64,000 bases of DNA from Alphaproteobacteria bacterium (GTDB lineage: Bacteria > Pseudomonadota > Alphaproteobacteria > UBA2966). Under the pieces are notes generated by a model. It worked only from the letters and a program-made list of their open reading frames with translations, was not told the origin of the DNA and ran no database searches. This document shows positions 35,879-45,301 of this stretch, one piece after another (the first letter of the stretch is position 1; each line of letters opens with the position of its first letter). The translations under genes and the position numbers were made by a program. The stretch is from positions 558,378 through 622,377 of the forward strand of contig OZ219858.1 in the NCBI GenBank assembly GCA_964291395.2, read 5' to 3'.

Positions 35879-37118
35879 CTTCGAGGTCCATATCGACCTC
35901 GACGGCCGCACCCGGCAGATCGGGCTGGCGCGAAGCAACCGCGTTCGCGGCAGGGAGACCATCGTCTTCGGGTACGACGGCGCCTGGCTGGAAGACCCTG
36001 ACAGGTTCTCGCTGGAGCCTGCGCTTGCGCTGGGACCAGGCGACTTCGCACCGCCCGCCGGCCTCGCGACCTTCGGATCCATCGGCGATTCGGCGCCCGA
36101 CAGCTGGGGCCGCCGGCTGATGCAGCGCGCCGAGCGCCGCCTCGCGGAACGCGAAGGCCGCGCCGTTCGCACGCTCCTGGAGAGCGATTATCTCCTTGGC
36201 GTGATGGACGAGACCCGGCTGGGCGCGCTGCGCTTCCGTCGGGCTGGGGACAACGCGTTCCAGGCTCCGCCTCGCGCGGGCGTGCCGGCCCTGATCGAGC
36301 TTGGCCGCCTGCTCCGGATCACGGAGCGGATTCTCCGCGGCGAGGAAACCGACGAAGATCTCCGGCTCATCTTCGCGCCCGGCTCCTCCCTGGGCGGCGC
36401 GCGCCCGAAGGCGTCGGTGGTGGACCGGCACGGCCGCCTCTCGATCGCCAAGTTTCCGAAGGAGACCGACGACTACTGCATGGAAACCTGGGAGGAGATT
36501 GCGTTGCGCCTGGCCGGCCAGGCCGGGATCGCCACGCCCACGCACGAGCTGATCGACGTCGCCGGCAAGAAGGTCATGCTGTCACGGCGCTTCGATCGCC
36601 GGGGCGCGATCCGCATTCCGTTCCTGTCGGCGATGGCGATGATGGGCGCGAAAGACGGCGAGCGCGGGAGCTACCCCGAGATCGTCGATGCTCTCGCGGA
36701 ACATGGCGCCCGGGGAAAGACGGACGCCCATGCCCTTTATCGGCGCGTCGTCTTCAGCGTGCTGATCTCCAATGTCGACGATCACCTGCGCAACCACGGC
36801 TTCCTGTGGCTCGGCAGGACGGGATGGTCGCTCTCTCCCGCCTACGACCTCAATCCCGTACCCGCGGACCTCGAGCCGCGGGTCCTGACGACCAACATCG
36901 ATCTCGACGAAGGCACCTGTTCGCTCGATCTGCTGGAGGCCGCCTCCGGGTTCTTCGCGCTGACGCTGGCGCAGGCCCGCTCGGTCATCGAGGAAGTCGC
37001 GACCGTGACCGCGACCTGGCGCGACACCGCGAAAGCGGTCGGCGCGCGCGCTGCCGAGATCGACCGCATGGCCAGTGCCTTCGAGCACGACGACCTGAAG
37101 CGGGCACTGGCCCTGTGA
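35871..37118 (+). CDS. hipA: HipA-family serine/threonine kinase toxin
   Basis: ATG at 35871 lies inside ATGGCTGA, overlapping the hipB stop. Motifs seen: DSAPDSWGRRL, SSLGGARPKA, NVDDHLRNHGF, SPAYDLNP. Confidence 0.88.
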   Translation: MADFEVHIDLDGRTRQIGLARSNRVRGRETIVFGYDGAWLEDPDRFSLEPALALGPGDFAPPAGLATFGSIGDSAPDSWGRRLMQRAERRLAEREGRAVRTLLESDYLLGVMDETRLGALRFRRAGDNAFQAPPRAGVPALIELGRLLRITERILRGEETDEDLRLIFAPGSSLGGARPKASVVDRHGRLSIAKFPKETDDYCMETWEEIALRLAGQAGIATPTHELIDVAGKKVMLSRRFDRRGAIRIPFLSAMAMMGAKDGERGSYPEIVDALAEHGARGKTDAHALYRRVVFSVLISNVDDHLRNHGFLWLGRTGWSLSPAYDLNPVPADLEPRVLTTNIDLDEGTCSLDLLEAASGFFALTLAQARSVIEEVATVTATWRDTAKAVGARAAEIDRMASAFEHDDLKRALAL

Positions 37119-37151
37119 CGAGGTGCTGCCTTCGGGCTTGGACCCGCCAGC

Positions 37152-37197
37152 GGACGGCGCCGTTGCCGCCGGCCGGGCCGGCGGCCGGACGCCGTCC
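37152..37197 (+). terminator. GC-rich stem-loop downstream of hipA (possible terminator or REP-like element; no U-tract)
   Basis: GGACGGCG...GCCGCCGGC cgg GCCGGCGGC...CGCCGTCC forms a 9-bp inner and an 8-bp outer stem, 34 nt after the hipA stop. Confidence 0.3.
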
Positions 37198-37408
37198 GAT
37201 CCGACTTCCGCCGACGTTCGGTTCGAACGATTTTCCTTATAATTCGATATCAATATCCTGTAGGTTTCAAGACACTTGGAACCAGTATTTGTGCTTTGCA
37301 CTCCGGATCGCCACGGCGCGCTGATGTGCACGCTTGTATGCGGAGTCGCTTCGACATAGATATGTTTGCGTTTTGTACTCGTCCGGCAAGAGGCCTCAAA
37401 GCCACGGC

Positions 37409-38590
37409 ATGCTCAACGACAGGCTCGATATCCTGGGCGACGGGCCCTTCCGGAAGCTGGCGATGCTCATCGGGCAGGTGGCGCCGGCCGCCAACCTGCC
37501 GCCCATCAACCTGTCCATCGGCGAGCCGCAATGGGGCTGCCCGGAATTCGTGGGCGACGTGATCGAAGCGCACCGCCACCTCTACGGAAGGTACCCGCCT
37601 CCCCGGGGCACCCGCGATTACCGGGAAGCGGCCACGGCGTGGTTGAACCGGAGATACGGCCTGCGACCGGGCCTGCTCGATCCCGACCGGCACATCGTCC
37701 CGGTGTCGGGAACCAAGGAAGGGATGTTCACCCTGGCGCAGGTCGCGATCCCGCATTCCGCGGGCCCGGCTCCCGTCGCTTTGCTGCCCAATCCGTACTA
37801 CCACACCTATGCGGGCGCGGTGGTGTCGGCGGGCGCCGAACCCGCATTCGTCCCCGCGACGCGGAAGACCGGCTTTCTTCCCGACTTTGCGGCGCTCGAC
37901 GAGGAGACGCTCGAGCGGGCGGCGCTGTGCATCGTCTGCTCTCCGGCAAACCCGCAGGGCGCCGTGGCGGATGCGGAATACCTTCGCCGTCTCATCGCCC
38001 TCGCGCGCGAGCACGACTTCATCCTCCTGGCCGACGAATGTTACGCCGAGATCTACACGGATGTCCCTCCGACGGGCGCGCTCGAGGTGTGCGCGACCGA
38101 CGGCGCGCTCGACAACGTCGTCGTGTTCCACTCGCTCTCGAAACGGTCCAGCGCACCGGGTCTGCGGGCCGGCTTCGCCGCCGGAGACCCCGACGTGCTG
38201 GACCGCTATATGAGATTGCGATCCTACGGCGCCGCCGTCGTTCCCCTTCCCCTGGACGCGGCCGCGGCCGCGCTGTGGCGGGACGAAGCCCACGTGAAGG
38301 AGATTCGGGAAGGCTATCGCAAACAGTTCGATGCCGCGGAGACGATCGTCGGCGGGAGACTGGGCTTCTATCGGCCGGCCGGCGGTTTCTTCCTTTGGCT
38401 GGAAGTCGACGACAGCGTCTCGGCCGCGGAGGCGTTGTGGCGCGACGCCGCCGTGAAGCTCCTGCCCGGAGAGTTTCTGGCGCGAGCGGTCGACGGCGAG
38501 AACCCGGGCGCGAACTATATCCGGGTCCCTCTCGTTCACGAATTGGGAACCACGACCGAAGCGCTCGAGCGCATCGTCGGTACCCTGTAG
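37409..38590 (+). CDS. dapC: Succinyldiaminopimelate transaminase (class I aminotransferase)
   Basis: ATG at 37409. LGDGPFRKLAMLI...PINLSIGEPQWGCPEFV...VSGTKEG...HSLSKRSSAPGLRAGF is the typical DapC pattern. Confidence 0.8.
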   Translation: MLNDRLDILGDGPFRKLAMLIGQVAPAANLPPINLSIGEPQWGCPEFVGDVIEAHRHLYGRYPPPRGTRDYREAATAWLNRRYGLRPGLLDPDRHIVPVSGTKEGMFTLAQVAIPHSAGPAPVALLPNPYYHTYAGAVVSAGAEPAFVPATRKTGFLPDFAALDEETLERAALCIVCSPANPQGAVADAEYLRRLIALAREHDFILLADECYAEIYTDVPPTGALEVCATDGALDNVVVFHSLSKRSSAPGLRAGFAAGDPDVLDRYMRLRSYGAAVVPLPLDAAAAALWRDEAHVKEIREGYRKQFDAAETIVGGRLGFYRPAGGFFLWLEVDDSVSAAEALWRDAAVKLLPGEFLARAVDGENPGANYIRVPLVHELGTTTEALERIVGTL

Positions 38591-38606
38591 CCGCCGGAAT
38601 TCGATC

Positions 38607-41009
38607 ATGACGCAAACTTCCAACGCGCACGGCAAAGCCCCGATCCTCCCTCGGGGACTGAGCGGTTTTGTCAGGCGTCGCGCCGTGGAAACCCTCGGCC
38701 TGGGTGTGTTGATCGTCGCGGTCGGCTTCGCGTTGTCGTTGCTCAGCTACGCGCCCGGAGATCCGAATTTCAACCACGCGACGGGAAGAGCCCCCGGGAA
38801 CCTTCTCGGTCTTCCCGGCGCCTACGTGGCTGAATTCTCGCTGCAGACGTTCGGCGCCACGGCCGGTTTGCTGACGCTGGTCCTGCTCTCCTGGTCGTGG
38901 CGGCTGGTCTCCGATCGCCACGTTCCCCGGTTCTGGCTTCGTCTGACCCTGCTGCCCGTCGTCCTGATCTCCGCCGCGGTCGCGGCCGCCAACGTCGAGC
39001 CGCCGGGAATTTGGCCGCTCTCGACGGGTCTGGGCGGGCTGGTCGGAGACCTCCTCGGCGATCGGATCGCGGCGGTCAGCCACGCGCATCTTCCCGCCCT
39101 GCCCCTGGTTCTCTACGGGATCGCCTTCGGACTTCTGGCGCTGCTCTCGCTCGCCTTCACCATGGCCTTGACCATCGGCGAGTGGGGCGCCATGTCACGC
39201 CGGGGTGCTCTGATGGCGATGAGCACGCTGCGCGCGATCAACACCCTCGCACACGCCGGAGAACGGCTCGACGCCCGGCGCCGGTCACGGGAGGCGCGGA
39301 ACGACCCCCTCAACCGGCGGGAGCCGGTTCTGGAGCGCGGGGCCGCGAACGTCGCGGGAAACCGGCGGTCCGGAGACGACGATCCGGACGGTCGAGCCGC
39401 CGGGCAATCCGTCAAGCCGCCACGCCGTGTCCGGAAGCGGATGGCCAAACCCAAATCGGGCAAGCGTGCCGACGTCGAACGCCAGCCGGCGCTGGAACTG
39501 ATCCCGACGAACGAATACCAGCTGCCCGCGCTGTCGCTGCTGTCCTCGCCACCCGCGAACAGGTCTTCCCGCACCGTGAGCGACGAAGCGCTCGAACAGA
39601 ACGCGCGCTTGCTCGAATCCGTTCTGGAGGAATTCGGAGTCAAAGGGCAGATCAGCGAGGTCCGGCCGGGGCCGGTCGTGACGCTCTATGAGCTCCAACC
39701 CGCTCCCGGCACGAAGACCTCGCGCGTCATCGCCCTTGCCGGCGATATCGCGCGATCGATGAGCGCCGTCTCCGCCCGGATTGCCGTGGTTCAGGGCAAG
39801 AACGCGATCGGGATCGAGCTTCCGAACAGCGATCGGGAGGTCGTTCACCTTCGCGAGCTTCTTTCTTCGGCGGCCTATGAGAGCACTGCGGCGAATTTGA
39901 CCCTCGCCTTGGGAAAGGACATCGCCGGCGCCCCGGTGATCGTCGATCTGGCGCGCATGCCGCATCTGCTGGTTGCGGGCACGACCGGCTCCGGCAAATC
40001 GGTCGGGATCAACTCGATGATCCTGTCGTTGCTGTATCGCCTCCCTCCGGACCGGTGCAAGCTGATCCTGATCGATCCGAAGATGCTCGAACTCTCCGTT
40101 TACGACGACATTCCGCACCTGCTGACGCCCGTCGTCACGGAACCGGGAAAGGCCGTCATCGCCCTGAAATGGGCCGTGCGCGAGATGGAGAACCGTTATC
40201 AGGCCATGTCCCAACTCGGGGTTCGGAATGTCACGGGTTACAACCAGCGCCTGGCGGAGGCCGCCGCCAAGGGCGATCGGATCAAACGCACCGTGCAAAC
40301 CGGCTTCGATGCCGAAAGCGGCGAGCCCGTGTTCGAGGATCAGGAGTTCGACCTCCGGCCGTTCCCGTACGTCGTCATCGTGGTCGACGAGATGGCCGAT
40401 CTCATGCTGGTGGCGGGGAAGGAGATCGAAGGGGCCATCCGCCGTTTGGCGCAGATGGCGCGGGCCGCCGGAATCCACCTGATCATGGCCACCCAGCGGC
40501 CCTCGGTGGACGTCATCACCGGAACGATCAAGGCGAACTTCCCCTCGCGGATCAGCTTCCAGGTCACCTCGAGGATCGACAGCCGGACGATCCTCGACGA
40601 ACAGGGCGCGGAGCAACTGCTGGGCGCCGGCGACATGCTCTACCAGGCGAGCGGCGGCCGCGTGCAGCGGGTGCACGGTCCCTATGTCTCCGACCGGGAG
40701 GTCGAGAAAGTTGCCGCGGCGTTGAAGAAGCAGGGCAGTCCCGAGTACCTCGACGCGGTGACGGAGGACGTGGAAGCGGACTTCGGGTCCGTGGAGAGCG
40801 CGAGCGGTGACGAGCTCTACGACCAGGCGGTGGCGCTGGTGATGCGGGAACGCCGCGCTTCCACCAGCTTCATCCAGCGCCATTTGCAAATCGGCTACAA
40901 CCGGGCGGCGCGCATCGTCGAGCAGATGGAGGCGCAAGGCATCGTGTCGCCGGCGGATCGGGTGGGCAAACGTGAAGTTTTGCTGCCCGACGGCGGCGGT
41001 TTCGAATAG
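38607..41009 (+). CDS. ftsK: DNA translocase FtsK
   Basis: 800 aa with N-terminal TM helices, a P/R-rich linker, the motor domain (PHLLVAGTTGSGKSVGIN, VVIVVDEMADLM, ATQRPSVDVITG) and the gamma domain (RASTSFIQRHLQIGYNRAARIVEQME). Confidence 0.95.
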   Translation: MTQTSNAHGKAPILPRGLSGFVRRRAVETLGLGVLIVAVGFALSLLSYAPGDPNFNHATGRAPGNLLGLPGAYVAEFSLQTFGATAGLLTLVLLSWSWRLVSDRHVPRFWLRLTLLPVVLISAAVAAANVEPPGIWPLSTGLGGLVGDLLGDRIAAVSHAHLPALPLVLYGIAFGLLALLSLAFTMALTIGEWGAMSRRGALMAMSTLRAINTLAHAGERLDARRRSREARNDPLNRREPVLERGAANVAGNRRSGDDDPDGRAAGQSVKPPRRVRKRMAKPKSGKRADVERQPALELIPTNEYQLPALSLLSSPPANRSSRTVSDEALEQNARLLESVLEEFGVKGQISEVRPGPVVTLYELQPAPGTKTSRVIALAGDIARSMSAVSARIAVVQGKNAIGIELPNSDREVVHLRELLSSAAYESTAANLTLALGKDIAGAPVIVDLARMPHLLVAGTTGSGKSVGINSMILSLLYRLPPDRCKLILIDPKMLELSVYDDIPHLLTPVVTEPGKAVIALKWAVREMENRYQAMSQLGVRNVTGYNQRLAEAAAKGDRIKRTVQTGFDAESGEPVFEDQEFDLRPFPYVVIVVDEMADLMLVAGKEIEGAIRRLAQMARAAGIHLIMATQRPSVDVITGTIKANFPSRISFQVTSRIDSRTILDEQGAEQLLGAGDMLYQASGGRVQRVHGPYVSDREVEKVAAALKKQGSPEYLDAVTEDVEADFGSVESASGDELYDQAVALVMRERRASTSFIQRHLQIGYNRAARIVEQMEAQGIVSPADRVGKREVLLPDGGGFE

Positions 41010-41056
41010 TCTTGGCTCTCACGACGAACTTCTCTCTGCCGCTCGGAACCCGGTCG

Positions 41057-41692
41057 ATGGCCGCGAGACTCTGCCTGTCCCTTGCCTTTGCCGTGCTGGC
41101 CGCCGCCTTTTTATTGCGCGACGCCGCGGCTGCGGAGCTCTCGTCCCGGGACCGGCAGGACATCCGCCGGATCGAAGCGTATCTCAACGGCATTCGTACG
41201 CTCTCCGCGGACTTCATCCAGGTCGCTCCGGACGGTTCCATCAGTCGCGGGCGCTTCTATCTCAAACGCCCCGGCCGCCTGCGCTTCGAGTACGAGCCGC
41301 CCGCACCCGTCCTGGTCGTCGCTGACGGCACCTACGTGAACTACTTCGACGTCGAACTGGGTCAGCTCAGCCAGATCGGGGTTTATTCCACCCCGCTCGG
41401 CGCGGTCGTCGCCAGGGAAGTCACGCTGAGCGGCAGGATCGAGGTCACGTCCGTCGAGCGCGGTTCCGCGGTCATCTCGCTCGAGACCGTCGACACCGAG
41501 GAACCGGGCCGCGGAACGCTGACACTGATATTCAGCGAGCGTCCTCTCGAGATCAGGAAATGGGAGGTAAACGACGCCCGGGGACTGACGACCACGATCG
41601 CCCTGGACAACGTGTCGATCAATCCTGACCTCGATCCGGAGCTGTTCGTCTTTCGACAACCTGGTGCCGAGGACGTTTCGGGCGGCGGTTGA
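41057..41692 (+). CDS. lolA: Outer-membrane lipoprotein carrier protein LolA
   Basis: Signal peptide MAARLCLSLAFAVLAAAFLL, then IEAYLNGIRTLSADFIQV...GRFYLKRPGRLRFEY. The start is either 41057 or the track start at 41012. Confidence 0.85.
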   Translation: MAARLCLSLAFAVLAAAFLLRDAAAAELSSRDRQDIRRIEAYLNGIRTLSADFIQVAPDGSISRGRFYLKRPGRLRFEYEPPAPVLVVADGTYVNYFDVELGQLSQIGVYSTPLGAVVAREVTLSGRIEVTSVERGSAVISLETVDTEEPGRGTLTLIFSERPLEIRKWEVNDARGLTTTIALDNVSINPDLDPELFVFRQPGAEDVSGGG

Positions 41693-42007
41693 CGGCGAAG
41701 GGACAGCGCTTCGAAAAGGGGTTCCCGCGTTTCTTCACCATCCCCCCAGGGCGCAATGCATGGGTATCCAGCAGCACCGGCAACGCTACCGCCCCTCCCA
41801 CGCCTCCAGTTCCTCCTCGGGCAGACGGTCGCGCTGGAAGGGCTGCAGGAGGCGCTCCGACAGCGAAGGGCGAGCCCGGCCGGGATCGCCCGGCACGCGG
41901 AGCGCGGCGGCGTCGCCACGGTGTTCTGATTTCGGTTATCTGAGCATGGCGTAGTCGTGTTCGAGGGCGCCGACTATTGAGCCAGTCGGCGTGATTGCAG
42001 GTGAGCG

Positions 42008-42547
42008 TTATCGGCCGGGTTCATCCGGCTGGAAATGCCGGACCCTGGGGAGCAGGTCCGGGCTCGGACGGCCGTCGACGGTCGCGGCCCAGCCGATGAC
42101 GTCCGGGCGCCGGCCGAATAACGCGAAGACCTCCCCGTCCCTGTCGGGGCCGGGCTGGAGGCCGCCGTCGACGCGCCATCCGTGGGCCGCGCCGAGTTTC
42201 AGCGCCGCCGAAGGCGCGGCGATGCCGTCGGCATGCTCCCGATGCCGCCGGGCGGCTTGCCGGCATGCCGGCCAGGTGTCCGGTCCACCGGTCAGTGTTT
42301 CGCGGGGCAGGTCCGGCCGATGCGACGGGGTTTCGCCGATGTCGACCGCCCAGAGGGCGCGGCGGACGGTGGAAAGATCCTGCGGGTCGCGGATCTCCTC
42401 GTGTCGAAGAAACTCCGCCCACGCGCCGTCCGGCGTGTCGCAGAAGTAGTGGGTCAGCTCGCCCGGCGCGTTCCACCGGCCGGCGGATTGCGACGAATCC
42501 TCCCGCAGAAAGGGAAAGCGGGGATCGGCGTGCCGATAGGCGATCAC
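42008..42547 (-). CDS. RES-domain toxin (NAD+-degrading RES/MbcT family)
   Basis: GTG at 42545-42547 overlaps the antitoxin TGA (GTGA). The product VIAYRHADPRFPFL...AGRWNAPGELTHYFCDTPDGAWAEFLRHEE...APSAALKLG carries the R...E...S residues in order. Confidence 0.75.
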   Translation of the reverse strand: MIAYRHADPRFPFLREDSSQSAGRWNAPGELTHYFCDTPDGAWAEFLRHEEIRDPQDLSTVRRALWAVDIGETPSHRPDLPRETLTGGPDTWPACRQAARRHREHADGIAAPSAALKLGAAHGWRVDGGLQPGPDRDGEVFALFGRRPDVIGWAATVDGRPSPDLLPRVRHFQPDEPGR

Positions 42548-43164
42548 GTCGCCGGCGACGACGCCAATGCCCGGGCGAGATCGCGGACCCTTCGGGGGCC
42601 GTCGTCTCCCGGCGACCACTCGTGGCCGAGCGCCTGCGCGGGCGTGTCGCCGTCGAGCCGCTCGCGGGGCCGGTCGAACCAGCGCCGGACCCCGATGTCG
42701 TTGTACGCCCCGCCAAGGTCCCCGACGACGAAGGCGAGAAAGTGGAGCCGGGCGGCGATCGCGTCCGGGGTGGAGCGGTTGCCGGAAATGTAGCGCCGCG
42801 CACTGGACTGGGAGATGCCGAGGAGGCGGGTCAGCAGTTCCACTCCCAGGACGCCCTGCAGGGCGCGCCATTCGTGCGCGGGGGCCGGGGATTGGTCGAG
42901 GGCCTCGTTGATCTTCTCCAGGAGCGCGGAAAGCCGGGCGGCATCGGAGCAGGGCAACCGGTGAAGTTCCGCAAGGAAGCTGCGGCCGATACCGGCTTCG
43001 GCCATGCCCGCTTCGAGCCCCTGAATCGCGGAATCGTCCAGGCAGGTGATAGGACGCAAGAGCAGGCCCATCGCGTCGGCGCGCGTCAGCGCCCCGATCG
43101 CCGCGGAGGCGAGCCTCGGGTCGTCGAACGGACTGCGAACGGACTGGATATGGAGATTCGTCAT
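42544..43164 (-). CDS. Xre/MbcA/ParS-type antitoxin with a C-terminal DUF2384 toxin-binding domain
   Basis: ATG at 43162-43164. LGISQSSARRYISGNRSTPDAIAARL (HTH) and RRWFDRPRERLDGDTPAQAL (DUF2384-like). It lies upstream of the RES gene and overlaps it. Confidence 0.75.
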   Translation of the reverse strand: MTNLHIQSVRSPFDDPRLASAAIGALTRADAMGLLLRPITCLDDSAIQGLEAGMAEAGIGRSFLAELHRLPCSDAARLSALLEKINEALDQSPAPAHEWRALQGVLGVELLTRLLGISQSSARRYISGNRSTPDAIAARLHFLAFVVGDLGGAYNDIGVRRWFDRPRERLDGDTPAQALGHEWSPGDDGPRRVRDLARALASSPAT

Positions 43165-43592
43165 GATCCAAATGTGTGCCACGTCTGCGGCCGCGTCAAT
43201 GCTGACTGGACCGGGCCGGTGCGGATTCCCGACAGAGCGGCCCGCGTTCTGCTGACCGTCATGGATCGAAACCCTGACGCCGTGGTCGAGGCGCTCGAAT
43301 ACGAGGCTCGGTCCGCACGGGCGGACAGGCGATCCGATGTCATGACGTGGATCGCGAACGTGTTTCAGCCCGCGGATTCGAGGTTCACGTCGGAATACGA
43401 CTGCCGCTTCCGGGCGGGGAGGAGCGGAGAGCGCGCTCAGGTGATCGTAGTTGGGTGTGAGGCGCTGTTTCACTGAATTGTTCCAGATCGTGGACGCTCG
43501 GTGGGCAGGCTTCTTGGCGGGCATTGTCGGACCGAGGAAACACCGGGACGTACTAAGGATGGGGTCGGAGGCGGCGAGCGGGCTAGGTCCTT

Positions 43593-44269
43593 CTACGTCA
43601 GTCGATACACGGCGCGGAGAAGATCAGCCGCCTCATCCCGGGTGAAGGGAACTCCAAAAGCCCTGGGATCGAGAGTTTGGTCGGCGTGAGCCAGGTCGAC
43701 GAAAGCACGAAGATCCCTGCGGACGGGTTCCGGCAGTGCGACCCGAGCATCCTCAGGCAGGAGCTGCGCCAGCCGGAAGACGATGTCCGTCCTTTCGGTT
43801 TACGTTTCCATCGGACCGAGCTTCGAGAACCGCGCGGGCCTTGAACGGAATGAGCAGGGTCTCGTCGATCGTGACGCCGTTCTTTGGTTGGAGCGCCTCG
43901 AAATAGGCGTCGTCCAGCAGGATCGCCGAGAGGCTGACATGTCTGGCCGGTCGTAGATCGCGTCTTCGGGCAGGTCGAGGTCCAGCAAAGAGCTCGATCA
44001 TGAAGGGGAAACGGTGGAAGCGAGAATTCCCTGCGCCCGTCGCTCCGTTCGCGGGCCTGATATCCGCCTGCGTCCAGGAATGCGTGGAAGGCCCGTCCGA
44101 ACTCGGCGTCCACCACCTCGACGCAGAGCACCATGTCGATGTCTCTGGTCGCCCTGAAATCGAGGCCGGCTGCGTCGAACAGCAGATCGCAAGCGGTGCC
44201 GCCGATGATGGCGTACTGGCCCTCGTGGGCCGCGAAGTGTTCGCGAAACTTGTCGATTCCGGTTACCAC
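43593..44269 (-). pseudogene. AbiEii/AbiGii-family nucleotidyltransferase toxin with multiple frameshifts
   Basis: Family-like segments sit in three different frames. These are MVTGIDKFREHFAAHEGQYAIIGGTACDLLFDAAGLDFRATRDIDMVLCVEVVDAEFGRAFHAFLDAGGYQARERSDG, then SLSAILLDDAYFEALQPKNGVTIDETLLIPFKARAV, then ALPEPVRRDLRAFVDLAHADQTLDPRAFGVPFTRDEAADLLRAVYRLT followed by TAG at 43593-43595. Confidence 0.75.
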
Positions 44270-45240
44270 GGCATTCCGTCCAACAGTCGTTCCGCCGCCA
44301 TGGAAACGCGCTCATCGCGGTGATCGTGGAACTGCGCGTAGAGCGACAGCGGATCCACGGTCCGCGCGGTGGACAAGGCAGCCGGGTCATATGACCAGGT
44401 TTCCACGATATGGGAAGCCCGATCCCGGTCGGTTTCGACGAACTCGCCGGCCTGGGCGACCCTCTTCCAATCGGCGGCCGCGACCGCGAGAGCCGGCAGC
44501 GGCGGCGGGGAGAGGTCGGTCAGCTCGGCGAGCGCGCTCTCGCCGGCACGTTTCAGCGGCGGCGCGGCGTGAACGTCCCGGATGAATTTCTCGGTGCGCA
44601 CGGGGCTGTGCAGCAGGTCGTGGGCGGCATCGAACAGTTGCCTCCCTTCGGCCTCGAACCGGATGCGCCGCTCTCTGCCGTGTCGTTCGGTCTGGGCCAG
44701 CCCGGCACCGACCAGATCGTCGAACGCGCGGCCGATCGACATCGCCGAGTAGCGCAACTGAGTCGCTACGAGGGATGGGGTTGTGGCGGTCTCGTCGAGC
44801 CGCAGAAGGCGATGGAACAGTACCGCTTGAGCCGCCGGCGAGAGGCCGACTGCGCGGCGCGGCTTCGGCGTGCGGAAGCGTTCGCGCAAGTCCATCGCGA
44901 GGTCGGGAATGTAGAGCTGTTTGCCTGGCACGACGAAAGGAACCCGGTGTCCGATGAGGCGCGAGCGGTTGTGCGCGCTCAGCCACGGAGCGACGAAGAC
45001 GACGATCGCGTCATCGGCGGGGCGGACCAAGGCGACATGCTTTGCGATGTCGGACGGCGTGGCGGTGTTGTCTGTGGTCGCGAGGAAGATACATCGTCTT
45101 CCGACTATGTAGCCTTCGTGGAGGCTGTACATCCGAGAAAGAAAGGAGGGAAGGCTGGGCGCGCCGTCGAGCGTAGCGACCCTTGCAGGTTCGTGAAGCG
45201 TATCTTCGAGATAGCGTTGGAGCGCGGCGGTGATGGGCAT
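44263..45240 (-). CDS. AbiEi-like antitoxin / transcriptional regulator partner of the AbiEii gene
   Basis: Intact ~325-aa ORF directly upstream of the nucleotidyltransferase gene, overlapping it by 7 nt. It contains a wHTH-like segment, TPSLVATQLRYSAMSIGRAFDDLVGAGL. The start could be 45240, 45249 or a TTG at 45294. Confidence 0.6.
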   Translation of the reverse strand: MPITAALQRYLEDTLHEPARVATLDGAPSLPSFLSRMYSLHEGYIVGRRCIFLATTDNTATPSDIAKHVALVRPADDAIVVFVAPWLSAHNRSRLIGHRVPFVVPGKQLYIPDLAMDLRERFRTPKPRRAVGLSPAAQAVLFHRLLRLDETATTPSLVATQLRYSAMSIGRAFDDLVGAGLAQTERHGRERRIRFEAEGRQLFDAAHDLLHSPVRTEKFIRDVHAAPPLKRAGESALAELTDLSPPPLPALAVAAADWKRVAQAGEFVETDRDRASHIVETWSYDPAALSTARTVDPLSLYAQFHDHRDERVSMAAERLLDGMPW

Positions 45241-45280
45241 TGCCAGCATCTCGCGGTATCTTGCTAACGTCACGACGAAT

Positions 45281-45301
45281 ACTAACACTATCAATGTTAG
45301 T
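45281..45301. promoter_or_regulatory. Perfect inverted repeat ACTAACA-N7-TGTTAGT upstream of the AbiEi-like gene; candidate autoregulatory operator
   Basis: Read directly in an AT-richer patch 41-61 nt upstream of the preferred start codon. AbiEi antitoxins are known to autoregulate through promoter inverted repeats. Confidence 0.45.

Noticed and set aside
38019-40937. Minus-strand ORFs 38019..39089 and 39285..40937
   Set aside because: They are antisense to dapC and ftsK, both of which are unambiguous.
41700-41935. Minus-strand reading ...ALRVPGDPGRARPSLSERLLQPFQRDRLPEEELEAWEGR downstream of lolA, which looked like the C-terminal remnant of a gene
   Set aside because: There is an in-frame stop just upstream, no start codon and no identifiable family. 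I treated it as non-coding or unrecognisable debris.
43150-43476. 108-codon plus-strand ORF (MEIRHDPNVCHVCGRVNADW...) divergent from the Xre-type antitoxin
   Set aside because: It belongs to no recognisable family, has mixed codon usage and overlaps the antitoxin start by 15 nt. It is part of a much longer spurious ORF (42265..43476). I did not call it, but it could be a real accessory gene.
42008-43524. Long upstream extensions of the RES (to 43171) and Xre (to 43524) ORFs
   Set aside because: The extensions overlap the partner gene or the divergent region and translate to R/P/G-rich sequence. Family-typical sequence begins at the internal starts, and these give the classic 4-nt GTGA overlap.
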